The notes beneath the pieces were generated by a model. The model was given only the letters and a program-made list of their open reading frames with translations. It searched no databases and was not told the DNA's origin. Below are positions 20,113 to 29,538 of a DNA stretch of 44,224 nt, in pieces. Within the stretch, counting starts at the first letter, position 1. Each line of letters starts with the position of its first letter. This DNA comes from Fidelibacterota bacterium (GTDB lineage Bacteria; Fidelibacterota; Marinisomatia; Marinisomatales; TCS56). The position numbers and the translations under genes were made by a program. The stretch is from contig JBDRBK010000154.1 of assembly GCA_043822705.1 (NCBI GenBank), positions 1-44,224 on the forward strand. Reading direction: 5' to 3'.

Positions 20113-21407
20113 TTACCGCCTTCTCGATTAATAAATTCTGGCACCGATAGTCCCCGATCACTAAAATGCCGTTGCGTCGCCAGCGCCGGCGGCCCCACCT
20201 GGCTGAAGCGCTTAAGGTACTGCTCCAGATAATGTCGCTCGCACTGATGACAGCAGACCTCGGCCCGTTCCGCGAGTCCAGCCAGCGACAAGTCACAAAT
20301 CTGACCGATCAAATCATCAAACCGGCCACCATCAATCAATTTGGCGCCAATAGCGAGCTCAGCAGCCAATTGGCCGAGCTGCCGACGCTGATCGATCGAC
20401 CAGGCCGACACTATCGCCAATGCCCTGGCCCGTGCCCGCGGTGCGGCCAGCAGCCCCAGCCAGAACGCCGGCGGCGCCATTTCATAGCCGCGCGGCGGCC
20501 GATCGGCGCCCCGGACTTCCAGCACGTGCTTAAAACGGACATGGGTAAAAATCTGATGCAGGACCATCTGAACCTGTTCCGCGGTCACTTCACCGTCGGT
20601 CGCTATGCTGTTCAGCCATTTGCCAGCCGGCCCCTCGTAAGAAGCAATTGATCCATCCGGCATGCTGGCGAACATCAGTGGCACCGTCAGAACCCAGTCA
20701 ATATATTTTTCCAGCAGACCTTCCGGTCCGAGAATGCCGTGATCCAGTAGATTTCCACAGCGCGCCGGGTCGGTATCGTCCCAGATGTGATAGCGGTAAT
20801 TCCGCCGTCCGGAAAGCGCGCCCCGGCAGAACGGAGCGTTAGCAAATAACAGTGCGGCGACCGGTTCCAGACAATCGGCGATAAAGGCCATTTCCTCGGC
20901 CACTCGACGGGAACCGATGTCAATATTCACTTGTACGCTGGCGGTATTCCGCATCATCCAGTGTCCGTGGTCACCGGTGCGGGCAAACCGTTCGTGCATC
21001 AACTGATACTTGGTCTGGTTAATCAACTCCACCTGCTCCGGCCGATATAGCGGATCCAGAGCATAATCCAGCGGGCGCAATCCTTCCCGTCGGCAAATTC
21101 CCTGCAATTGCTGCAAGTGCCGGTTAAACTGGGCGTCAATTTCGTTGAGCGTGCAGTACGGACGCGAGGCGAATTCCACCTGGCCGCCCGGTTCCAGCGA
21201 ATAACTGATGTTTTGACCGTTGGCATTTTGCCAGACGTTCAATTCCGCCAGTATATCACTGGCGGAAAAATTATGCCCGGGATTGACTGGAATCCGCAGA
21301 CCTTCGCGGTTATAAATGATACACTCCACCTCGACGCCAATCAGGCAAGCCTGCGGTTTCTGCAGGTTGGACAAAATGACTGCTTCGATCTGTTCGTGCA
21401 GATTCAT
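20106..21407 (-). CDS. Glutamate--cysteine ligase family (GCS2; plant-GshA/EgtA-like)
   Basis: IGVEVE, SLEPGGQVEF, MMRNTASVQVN, LFANAPF, IWDDTDPAR, LEVRGAD. Confidence 0.88.
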   Translation of the reverse strand: MNLHEQIEAVILSNLQKPQACLIGVEVECIIYNREGLRIPVNPGHNFSASDILAELNVWQNANGQNISYSLEPGGQVEFASRPYCTLNEIDAQFNRHLQQLQGICRREGLRPLDYALDPLYRPEQVELINQTKYQLMHERFARTGDHGHWMMRNTASVQVNIDIGSRRVAEEMAFIADCLEPVAALLFANAPFCRGALSGRRNYRYHIWDDTDPARCGNLLDHGILGPEGLLEKYIDWVLTVPLMFASMPDGSIASYEGPAGKWLNSIATDGEVTAEQVQMVLHQIFTHVRFKHVLEVRGADRPPRGYEMAPPAFWLGLLAAPRARARALAIVSAWSIDQRRQLGQLAAELAIGAKLIDGGRFDDLIGQICDLSLAGLAERAEVCCHQCERHYLEQYLKRFSQVGPPALATQRHFSDRGLSVPEFINREGGKW

Positions 21408-21420
21408 GGCGCTGAATGTA

Positions 21421-21449
21421 ATATTATTGGCAGCTTGTTAAAACGTCAA
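21421..21449 (-). promoter_or_regulatory. Putative sigma70 promoter for the ligase/C26 pair
   Basis: Minus strand TTGACG-N17-TAATAT, ending 13 nt upstream of the ATG at 21407. Confidence 0.55.
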
Positions 21450-21502
21450 TATATCGAACGCCGGTCCGGTTCGCCAACCCGGTCCGGCGTCCCTGCCGGC
21501 GA

Positions 21503-22882
21503 TCAGAAAGTATAGGCCAGACCGACCAGTAGATTACTGACGGTAATATTTTCACTGGTACCGGCCGGCGTCAGCGAATCCCGGGAATCGCGACTCCAAT
21601 TCCCGCTCAGCCCGGTAACATCAATTCTCAGATTACGATCCAATTGCAGACTGACGCCAAGCGTGTATACTTCTTTATTCCGGGGATTGACGACCACCGT
21701 CGATTTCTCCGGATAGCGGGCATAGCCGCCGCGAAGCGCTGTATTGACAATCGGCAACCGCAGTTCACCGCCCAAATGGTATTCAGTCGTCGCCCGGTAA
21801 TTACCACGCAATTCATAATTTTCGGAGATATAATCGCGGTAATCTTCCTGCTGTAATTGGTCGTCCTGCACAACAAACTCGGTTTGCGACCAGTCCCGGT
21901 AACGGGCTGAAGCGGCCAGGGTCAGATATCTGCTGGTGAAAGCGACTCCGCCATCAAAATAAAACGGCGCGCGGATAGCGTATTCCCACTTGCCGGTGTT
22001 TTCGGTCGGATCTTCATAGCCATCATCAAAAATCAGCAAATCGTCTTCGAAATACACTTCCTTAACCGCGAAACGGACCGGCAAGCCCGCTGCTCCGCCG
22101 ATTCGTAGCAGACGCCCCAGTCGCAGGCTGCCGCCAAGTTTCAACTCCAGTCCCGAGACGGTTGTTTTCAGATAGCGATTTATTTCATAGGAATGAAAAT
22201 CCGCCGGATAGGCAGCATAGGTATTATCATTGTCCTCCTGATAATAGTGCTGGTTGTATTTTTCCCGGCCGCTGATGACGGAAATGGTGGCGCCACCCAT
22301 CAGGGCGGGAGAAAAGGCCATGGCGCCACCCAGGCTCCATTGCCCCAACCCGCCATCGCTGAAAACCCGTTCCTGCTGATAGATATTCTCGTCAAAAAGA
22401 TAATTGGCGGTCTGATCATCGGCCGTGGTTATGTCAAACCCGATACCATTGGATATTTCACTGAATCCGGAAAAAGCCAGATTGTCATCATAGTCGGCGA
22501 TCCGATTGTAGCCGATGGCCAGTACGGCGCTGCCACTATATGTCGGTAACGGCCAGGCGATCCCGAATGAGCGCAAGCGCGTGTAAGCCTGATTGTCGTC
22601 GGTCGTAATACCGGTGAACAGGGCCTGGTTCCGCTGGCTAAAATGGGACAGTTCAGCGGAAAATTCCGGGTTTTTTAAATACGCCAGCCCGGCCGGATTC
22701 CAGTAGATGGCGGTGTAATCATCGGCCAGACCGCTATACGCTCCGCCCATTGCCAGCGCCCGCGCACCAAAACTGATTTCCTTACCCAGAATATGGATGG
22801 CGTCGTTGGCGGTCTGTGCGGTAACTGTCGTGAAAAGCAATATCGCCGACAATATTATTTTATTTTTGGTGAATATCTTCAT
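21503..22882 (-). CDS. Outer-membrane transport protein, OmpP1/FadL family
   Basis: Signal peptide, GARALAMGGAYSGLADDYTAIYWNPAGLA hatch motif, C-terminal GLAYTF. Confidence 0.85.
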   Translation of the reverse strand: MKIFTKNKIILSAILLFTTVTAQTANDAIHILGKEISFGARALAMGGAYSGLADDYTAIYWNPAGLAYLKNPEFSAELSHFSQRNQALFTGITTDDNQAYTRLRSFGIAWPLPTYSGSAVLAIGYNRIADYDDNLAFSGFSEISNGIGFDITTADDQTANYLFDENIYQQERVFSDGGLGQWSLGGAMAFSPALMGGATISVISGREKYNQHYYQEDNDNTYAAYPADFHSYEINRYLKTTVSGLELKLGGSLRLGRLLRIGGAAGLPVRFAVKEVYFEDDLLIFDDGYEDPTENTGKWEYAIRAPFYFDGGVAFTSRYLTLAASARYRDWSQTEFVVQDDQLQQEDYRDYISENYELRGNYRATTEYHLGGELRLPIVNTALRGGYARYPEKSTVVVNPRNKEVYTLGVSLQLDRNLRIDVTGLSGNWSRDSRDSLTPAGTSENITVSNLLVGLAYTF

Positions 22883-22915
22883 CGCAAAATTACCTTTGTC
22901 ATATTTTGCTTAAAA

Positions 22916-23950
22916 TTAGCGGCGCGAACGTTCTTTTTTATCCGAATCAGTACTCTTTTCCCGCGATCGGCTGGATTTCGAGCCGGAGCTGCTTTTCGAC
23001 CGTTCACTCGCTGACGATTTAGCCGGGGCGACTGATTTTGACTTTTCCGCCGTCGAGCGCTCGCTGCTGTAATTGACTTTGGTTCCGGAACCGCGATCTT
23101 TATCCCGTGACCCGCTAACCGTCCGGACTGCCGAAACCAATGTTTGAGCTTCTACTTTTCTGGTTATGGATCTGACGATTTCCGACGTTGTCAGCGATCG
23201 ATAATTTGAGCGACTTGACTGGTTCTTATTATTATTTTTCTGCTCATCCCGTCGGATAGTAGTACCACCATTTTTACGATCCGTGCGCTCAACCTTGGCT
23301 GGCTCGGGGCGTTGTACCTGGCGGGTGCTGGTATTGCCGCCGTCCGACTTGGATTGGGCCGCGACCGGCTCGGACACTACCGCCGGTATTACGCTGACAT
23401 TCGCCGGTCCGCGGACAATCGGATCATTCCGCGTTTGTTCGCTCCGGCGGTCCCAGTCACGTTTCTTGGTTTCCAGACCATCATCGGCACGATTCCAATT
23501 CCAGTCATAGTGAGCATAGTGCGGCCGATTGTAATAATGATGATTATAACCATGGTGGGCATAGTGCGGATAATACCACCACTGATAATCATAATATGGC
23601 CAATTGTAATGGCTATACCATGAAGGATACGGATCGAACCAGGGGCTTTGGTAGGTTGCGCCGACGTAAATCCGAACTGAAGTAGCGGGATAGTCCAGAT
23701 AGTAGGGATCAAAATCAAACCACGGGCGGTAAGCCCAATAATAGTACTCTTTGATTATAATATCCGGTTCGGCTTCCAGCGAGTCAAGTTGCTCAGGCTG
23801 AACCGTAGTGACCTCATAATATTTTTTTACCTGCGCTGGTTTGTCACAGTAAATCGTTTTAGTCGTCGCCAACTGCGTGTAGCAACCCTGAAAAATCAAA
23901 GTGCTTAGCAGTATCAGAATTCCAATTATTTTATTGTTTTTTACGCTCAT
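22916..23950 (-). CDS. Lipoprotein with a Tyr/His/Trp-rich segment and a Ser/Arg/Lys-rich disordered tail
   Basis: Lipobox IFQG-C(23)YTQ and low-complexity regions; co-oriented directly upstream of the FadL-like gene. Confidence 0.75.
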   Translation of the reverse strand: MSVKNNKIIGILILLSTLIFQGCYTQLATTKTIYCDKPAQVKKYYEVTTVQPEQLDSLEAEPDIIIKEYYYWAYRPWFDFDPYYLDYPATSVRIYVGATYQSPWFDPYPSWYSHYNWPYYDYQWWYYPHYAHHGYNHHYYNRPHYAHYDWNWNRADDGLETKKRDWDRRSEQTRNDPIVRGPANVSVIPAVVSEPVAAQSKSDGGNTSTRQVQRPEPAKVERTDRKNGGTTIRRDEQKNNNKNQSSRSNYRSLTTSEIVRSITRKVEAQTLVSAVRTVSGSRDKDRGSGTKVNYSSERSTAEKSKSVAPAKSSASERSKSSSGSKSSRSREKSTDSDKKERSRR

Positions 23951-23985
23951 GATCGGCTCTGGCTTTTGTTTGTTAGTAACCAGTA

Positions 23986-24003
23986 TCGCAATTATTGCGC
24001 CAA
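23986..24003 (-). promoter_or_regulatory. Sigma54 (-24/-12) promoter
   Basis: Minus strand TTGGCGC-AATAA-TTGCGA (GG-N10-GC), about 36 nt upstream of the lipoprotein ATG and next to a sigma54 activator gene. Confidence 0.8.
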
Positions 24004-24138
24004 TGAGCTAAAAAAGGCCGATAGATTCTTTATCTATCACTAATATTAATATTTTATTCGTTCTATCCGTTGCCACTTAGACTCAACAACAACTCAGCAG
24101 TGTATACTATTATTACATAATATGTGTAAACATGGTGG

Positions 24139-25575
24139 TCATTTTTTAATTCCGAGACGCTCCAGCTTTTTATACAGACCGACCCGGCTAAGACCCAGTG
24201 CGCGGGCGGCACGGGAAATATTGCCACGGTACCGCTCGAGCGCGTTTTTGATCAGATCTTTTTCGAGGGCGCCTGTGGCAGACCTAAGATCGATATCCGC
24301 CTCAGTAAAAAATTTGCCATAATTCGCTTGCAGCGTTGCTTGATCCGTTGCAAGGTCCGGCAGGGCGGCAGCCAGAGACATCCCATCGTCGGTCATTACT
24401 ACTGAACGTTCGATCAGGTTTTCCAGTTCACGGATATTTCCGGGGTAATTGCGCTCGACCAGTTGCCGGAGCATTGCACCGCTCAGACCTTCGATCCGCC
24501 GGTTCATTTTTAAGGCATATTTGCGGATAAAATACCGGGCCAGCGGCGGTATATCTTCCCGGCGGTCACGCAGGGGCGGCAGATTTATCGGAAACACATT
24601 CAGCCGGTAATATAAATCCTCGCGGAATTTACCCTGTTTTACCGCCGCGGCCGGATCGCGGTTGGTAGCTGAAATTATACGCACATTCACCTTCAACGAC
24701 CGACCGCTGCCGACCGGTGTTATCTCCCCTTCCTGCAGAACCCGCAATAATCGTTGCTGAAAAGCCGGCGAAGTGTCGGCAATTTCATCCAGAAAGACCG
24801 TGCCGCCGTCAGCCAGTTCAAATAGACCTTTGCGGTCGCTGATGGCGTCGGTAAACGCGCCTTTGCAGTGACCGAACAGGATGCTTTCCAGCAGTGTATC
24901 CGGCAGGGCGGCACAATTCTGCGCCAGAAACGGCTGGGTGCTACGCGGACCATTATAATGGATTGCCTGGGCCACCAGTTCCTTGCCGGTTCCGGTCTCG
25001 CCGGTGAGTAATACTGTGGTGTCGGTCGGGAGAACCTTTTTCATCAGTTCGAATACTTTTTTAATGGCGGCACTCTCTCCGATAATATTATCAAAAGTGT
25101 AGTGCCGCTCCACCTCCTGGCGCAGCGACCGGTTTTCCTGCGCGAGACGCAGGTTGACCGTTTCCAACTCGCGGGACAGTCGCCGGTTATCCTGCAACAG
25201 CAAATACTTCTCCGCCGCCTGATTCAATATCAACAGCAACGCTGCCGGCTCCCAGGGTTTCTGGATATAATAATAAATCCGACCGTCATTGACCGCCTTG
25301 ACCAATGCTTCAATATCCGAATAACCAGTAATCATGATCCGCACGGCATCGGGCTGGATGGCGCGCGCCTTGTTGAAAAAATCCGCGCCATTCATTTCCG
25401 GCATGCGCTGGTCGGATAGGATAACCGCCATTTCCTGTTCCCGCAGAACCATCAGTGCGGCCGGTCCGCTCAGCGACAGGATTACTTCAAAATCGGATCG
25501 CAGCGCTCGTTGCAGGGAATTCAGCACCGGTTGCTCGTCATCGACAATTAATATTCGTGGTTTTTGCTCATTCAT
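24139..25575 (-). CDS. Sigma54-dependent response regulator (REC-AAA+-Fis HTH, NtrC/AtoC family)
   Basis: ILIVDDE, SDQRMP, GETGTGKE, GAFTDA loop, FLDEI, REDLYYRL, YPGNIREL, C-terminal HTH. Confidence 0.95.
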   Translation of the reverse strand: MNEQKPRILIVDDEQPVLNSLQRALRSDFEVILSLSGPAALMVLREQEMAVILSDQRMPEMNGADFFNKARAIQPDAVRIMITGYSDIEALVKAVNDGRIYYYIQKPWEPAALLLILNQAAEKYLLLQDNRRLSRELETVNLRLAQENRSLRQEVERHYTFDNIIGESAAIKKVFELMKKVLPTDTTVLLTGETGTGKELVAQAIHYNGPRSTQPFLAQNCAALPDTLLESILFGHCKGAFTDAISDRKGLFELADGGTVFLDEIADTSPAFQQRLLRVLQEGEITPVGSGRSLKVNVRIISATNRDPAAAVKQGKFREDLYYRLNVFPINLPPLRDRREDIPPLARYFIRKYALKMNRRIEGLSGAMLRQLVERNYPGNIRELENLIERSVVMTDDGMSLAAALPDLATDQATLQANYGKFFTEADIDLRSATGALEKDLIKNALERYRGNISRAARALGLSRVGLYKKLERLGIKK

Positions 25576-28500
25576 CGGTCTGGTTCCGCTGCTGTTTAAT
25601 CGGGATCGTAATTATAAAAACCGTACCCTTATCAGGGGTGCTGTCGACAGCGATGGAACCTCCATGGCGCTCGATGATCCCATAGCTGATACTCAGGCCT
25701 AGCCCGGTACCCTGGCCCACCGGCTTGGTGGTGAAAAAAGGATCGAATATTTTGCTGCGAACCTCCGTTGGAATGCCGCGGCCGTCGTCACGAATCGAAA
25801 TGACGAGGTCTGATTCCCGCCGACTGGTTTCAACCCAGATATTGCCCTGGCCAGCGATTGCCTGAATGGCATTCAACAGCAGATTCATAAATACCTGGTT
25901 CAAGTAACCGGGCAGACACTCAATTTCCGGCAGATCGCCATAATTTTTATGAACCGCTATCCGGCCTTTCAGTTCATTGCCCAGCAGCATCAGCGTAGCA
26001 TTCAAACCTTCATGGATATTGACAGCTTTGAACTCAGCCTCATCCAATCGGGAAAAATTGCGTAGATTCTCAACGATTTCCTTGACCCGCCGGCTGCCTT
26101 CGACGCTTTCATCGATCAACTGCCGGACATCGTTCTGATCGAACGCCAGCTGCCGCTCACCATTTGTCAAATCATTCAAATCGGCGATATATTTCCGCAG
26201 CTCGTGCATATTGGCATAAATGAAACCGATCGGATTATTCAGTTCGTGGGCCACGCCGGCCACCAGTTGGCCCAGGCTGGACATTTTCTCGCTCTGAATC
26301 AATTGCGCCTGGGTCTGTTGCAAATCCTGATATAATTCTTTCAGCACGCGGTTCTTTTCTTCCAGTTCGGCCACATATTTTTCACGGGTTCTGGCCTCGA
26401 TTATTTTCTCGGTCAGTTGGCGTGCTTCTTCGATATATCGATTATTCTCGATTGCCAGCGCCGCCTGGCCGGCCAGAATCGTTAAAACATCGCTGTCCTC
26501 GGATTGATAGTCCAGATCATTTATCCGCTTTCCCAGGATTAAAACAGCCAACAGAACACAGTTACGGCGAATCGGAATCAGCCGGGCGACGCGCCGTTCG
26601 GCCAGCCGCTCGAATCGTTGCGACAACCGCGGATCAATAACCGTCTCAGCCAATAATTGTCCGTGTTGCCGGTCGCTAAATTCAATTATTTCCAATCCGG
26701 CCGGAACCGTACCGGCCATGGCGCCGGGTCTGGTTTTACCTTCGTTCATGGCCAGCAAAATGCAGAATCTGGTAGCCAGGGTGGTCTGAATCGTATCCAC
26801 CAGCTCCCGATACAGATCAGCATTGTCGCGGATAAGAATCAATTGCTCGGAAAAGTGTCGTAAAACCTGGCGGTAGCCGTAGCGGCGAAGCGACAGTTGG
26901 CGGATTCGTTCCGAGAAGCCGGTAACAGCGCTGATTTCGATTAAAAGCAGCACCAGTTGCCCCCACAAAATCGGCCGCAGGCCATACTCCGGCAGCAATC
27001 CCAGCCAGAGCATCAGGAAAAACAGCGTGCCACCCACGAATCCCGCCGTTTGCCGGTTGCTCCAGCGATAACGCCGCACTGCCACGATTACAAATCCGCT
27101 CAGCACCAGGGCCAGCACCGTAACCAGCAGGAAATTATTCCAGAAATCAGGCTGCGCCACCAGCCGCCGCGCCGCCCGCAGACCGGTAAAGAACCAATGC
27201 GCCGGACCTGCGGATTCCGCAATGACAATCACCGTACCGGGATGAACATTATCCTTAATTATTTCCTTTCCGGACGGAAAAACAATCCGTACCCGGTATA
27301 TTCCATCATCGCTGATTCCCCCGAAATGGGCGACACCCTCGCCGATTGACAGATATCCCTGACCGCCACTGATTTCACGGTAGCCGCTGCTGTTCCAGGT
27401 TTCGCCGGGAAGTCTTTTTTCCAGCCAGATCTTTCCCCCGATCCCATCCCGGTTACTGTGGCTGCCCGATAAAGCGACACGGATCGAATGGCCCGCCGTA
27501 CCGGGATTGGAAAACAAGTTGGATAGCGTATCCTTGTTGGAAACGAACAGGTCCAAATCACCGTCATTGTCATAATCGGCTACAGCCGCACCCGTACTGT
27601 AATGTTCCAGATGCGAACCGGGCGGAATTTCCTGTTGGTAGACCGGTACAAATCCGGCGGCACCCTGATTGAGAAACAACAGGTTGGGACCAATATTGGC
27701 GAAAAACACATCCTGCCAGCCGTCATTATTCAGGTCGGCAATCAGGCCCGAGTAGCAGGGATAGCGGTTAATCAGGCCCGAGGCCGCAGTGATATCCGTA
27801 AACAACCATTTCCGGTTTTCCGCCATCAAATCATTGCGATACAGGCGCGTGGTCCGCTGGCGATCGGTAACCAGTAAGTCCAGATCGCCATCGTTGTCGA
27901 CATCAGCCATCCAGACACCGTTGCTGCGCAGCGGATCAGTCAGATGCGGCAGCGGCAGGTCGATCCGTTGAAATAATTTGCCACCCTGATTGCGATACAG
28001 AACATCCGGCGCGAACCAGTTGCAGACATACAGGTCGGGAAAACCGTCGCCGTCCAGATCGCCGAAAGAAGCGCCCTGACTGATTTGCTCATCAGCGATA
28101 CCATATTCCCGGGCTCGATTTTCAAACCGGCCCGGCCGGTTCTGGATAAATAAATGATTTTCGCCATGTTCATCGGTAACAAACAGATCCAGATCGCCAT
28201 CCCGATCGATATCGGACCAGATTGCGCAATTCCCGCTCAGCGGACGCTCGATTCCGGCTTCATCGGTTACTTCATCGTATGTCAGACGCCCCCCGCCCCG
28301 GAACAGCCGGGTGGTCCGATCCCATCCGGCAATCAGAACATCCTGTCGGCCATCGTTGTCAAAATCCACGACCGAAGCCCCCAACTCCAGGTTTTTACGT
28401 CCCCGGGAACTCAGGTTGCCGCCCAGACCGGAGCGGATCGTGCGGTCATAAAATGATTTGCCGGGACCACGATTAATAAAAAGGCGATTTAATTCGCGGA

Positions 28501-28744
28501 AACGGACGACATACAAATCCGGTAGCCCGTCGTTGGTCAGATCCTTGAAGGCAACGCCATAGGCGTCATCGATCTCCGGAATTATAGCAGATTCTTCGGT
28601 GGCCGCCGGGTTGAACATTGAGGCTGCCCAATCCACTGCGTCACCGGCCGACAGGGTTACTCCTGCCAAGAACAGGGTTAAAACCGCCAATCGATTAATA
28701 ATGATAGCTTTCCCGATGTTATCAGTAGCAGTCATCGCCGCCAT
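25568..28744 (-). CDS. Sensor histidine kinase with an extracytoplasmic FG-GAP/ASPIC-UnbV (CRTAC1-like) domain, 3 TM helices, GAF, HisKA and HATPase
   Basis: About seven D.DNDG..DL repeats, NRDGIG/GQGYLS ASPIC motifs, AGQAALAIEN (GAF end), GVAHELNNP, NLLLNA, DPFFTTK, GTGLGL. Confidence 0.9.
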   Translation of the reverse strand: MAAMTATDNIGKAIIINRLAVLTLFLAGVTLSAGDAVDWAASMFNPAATEESAIIPEIDDAYGVAFKDLTNDGLPDLYVVRFRELNRLFINRGPGKSFYDRTIRSGLGGNLSSRGRKNLELGASVVDFDNDGRQDVLIAGWDRTTRLFRGGGRLTYDEVTDEAGIERPLSGNCAIWSDIDRDGDLDLFVTDEHGENHLFIQNRPGRFENRAREYGIADEQISQGASFGDLDGDGFPDLYVCNWFAPDVLYRNQGGKLFQRIDLPLPHLTDPLRSNGVWMADVDNDGDLDLLVTDRQRTTRLYRNDLMAENRKWLFTDITAASGLINRYPCYSGLIADLNNDGWQDVFFANIGPNLLFLNQGAAGFVPVYQQEIPPGSHLEHYSTGAAVADYDNDGDLDLFVSNKDTLSNLFSNPGTAGHSIRVALSGSHSNRDGIGGKIWLEKRLPGETWNSSGYREISGGQGYLSIGEGVAHFGGISDDGIYRVRIVFPSGKEIIKDNVHPGTVIVIAESAGPAHWFFTGLRAARRLVAQPDFWNNFLLVTVLALVLSGFVIVAVRRYRWSNRQTAGFVGGTLFFLMLWLGLLPEYGLRPILWGQLVLLLIEISAVTGFSERIRQLSLRRYGYRQVLRHFSEQLILIRDNADLYRELVDTIQTTLATRFCILLAMNEGKTRPGAMAGTVPAGLEIIEFSDRQHGQLLAETVIDPRLSQRFERLAERRVARLIPIRRNCVLLAVLILGKRINDLDYQSEDSDVLTILAGQAALAIENNRYIEEARQLTEKIIEARTREKYVAELEEKNRVLKELYQDLQQTQAQLIQSEKMSSLGQLVAGVAHELNNPIGFIYANMHELRKYIADLNDLTNGERQLAFDQNDVRQLIDESVEGSRRVKEIVENLRNFSRLDEAEFKAVNIHEGLNATLMLLGNELKGRIAVHKNYGDLPEIECLPGYLNQVFMNLLLNAIQAIAGQGNIWVETSRRESDLVISIRDDGRGIPTEVRSKIFDPFFTTKPVGQGTGLGLSISYGIIERHGGSIAVDSTPDKGTVFIITIPIKQQRNQTDE

Positions 28745-28985
28745 ATTTTAGACGATAATTCATCGTCATAAATATACGCCCGAAAACCTATTTATCGTGG
28801 CGATGAACCGGAATTCCGGGCTTCTGTCAAATATTATAGGTGATGTTTAAATAGGGGGCCAAGTAATCCAATGAATTCAGATAGATCAGTTTTACCTGGG
28901 CGGACAATGGAATTGAAAGCTGGTATAGATCGCCGCCGATCTGAATCGAATAATACAGGTACGGCTTCTGGCGATAACGCTGCAA

Positions 28986-29333
28986 CTAGTCGCCATCACC
29001 GGCATATTTTTCCGCCATAATCCAGTCCACGCCTAAAGCTAAGGTTGTTTTATAAACGCCGCAACCGACCCGGAATATCTCGTCCAAGGCTATATTCAGA
29101 TGCCAGCCGATTTCATTCGTGGCGTGCCGGTGACCGTCCGAAAAAGTATATATCCCGGTTGCTACCGCCGGTTGGAGGCGGAAGCGATCGATCAGCGTCT
29201 TATCTTCGTCGGCCGATAATCCGTTAGCCTCAAAATCCATTACGGCGACAGGTTCCTGGGCGTAGATCAATCCACTGGCAATGGCTGATAAAAATAAAAT
29301 TTTTAACTGCCGCAAAAACCCTCCCATGCCCAA
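28986..29333 (-). pseudogene. Possible degraded CsgG/HfaB-like secreted protein
   Basis: Signal-peptide-like start, then PVAVMDFEANGLSADEDKTLIDRFR, resembling the N-terminus of CsgG/TolB_N-like domains. The similarity decays afterwards. Confidence 0.35.
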
Positions 29334-29538
29334 CGCCGGGGCAATTGTAACAATTTCTATATATAATTTTTATGTATGATCCACAGGATGGATTGTGATA
29401 ATACTCACCTGCGTATTCATAATCAGCATGCCTGAACTGCCGCATTACCCAATCCAGTTCTTGCTCGCTGCTTTGATAACGGAGTAAGTTTAGTGATTTA
29501 TTTTTCAGACAATATCGATCTCTAAAAGGAAACAGATT

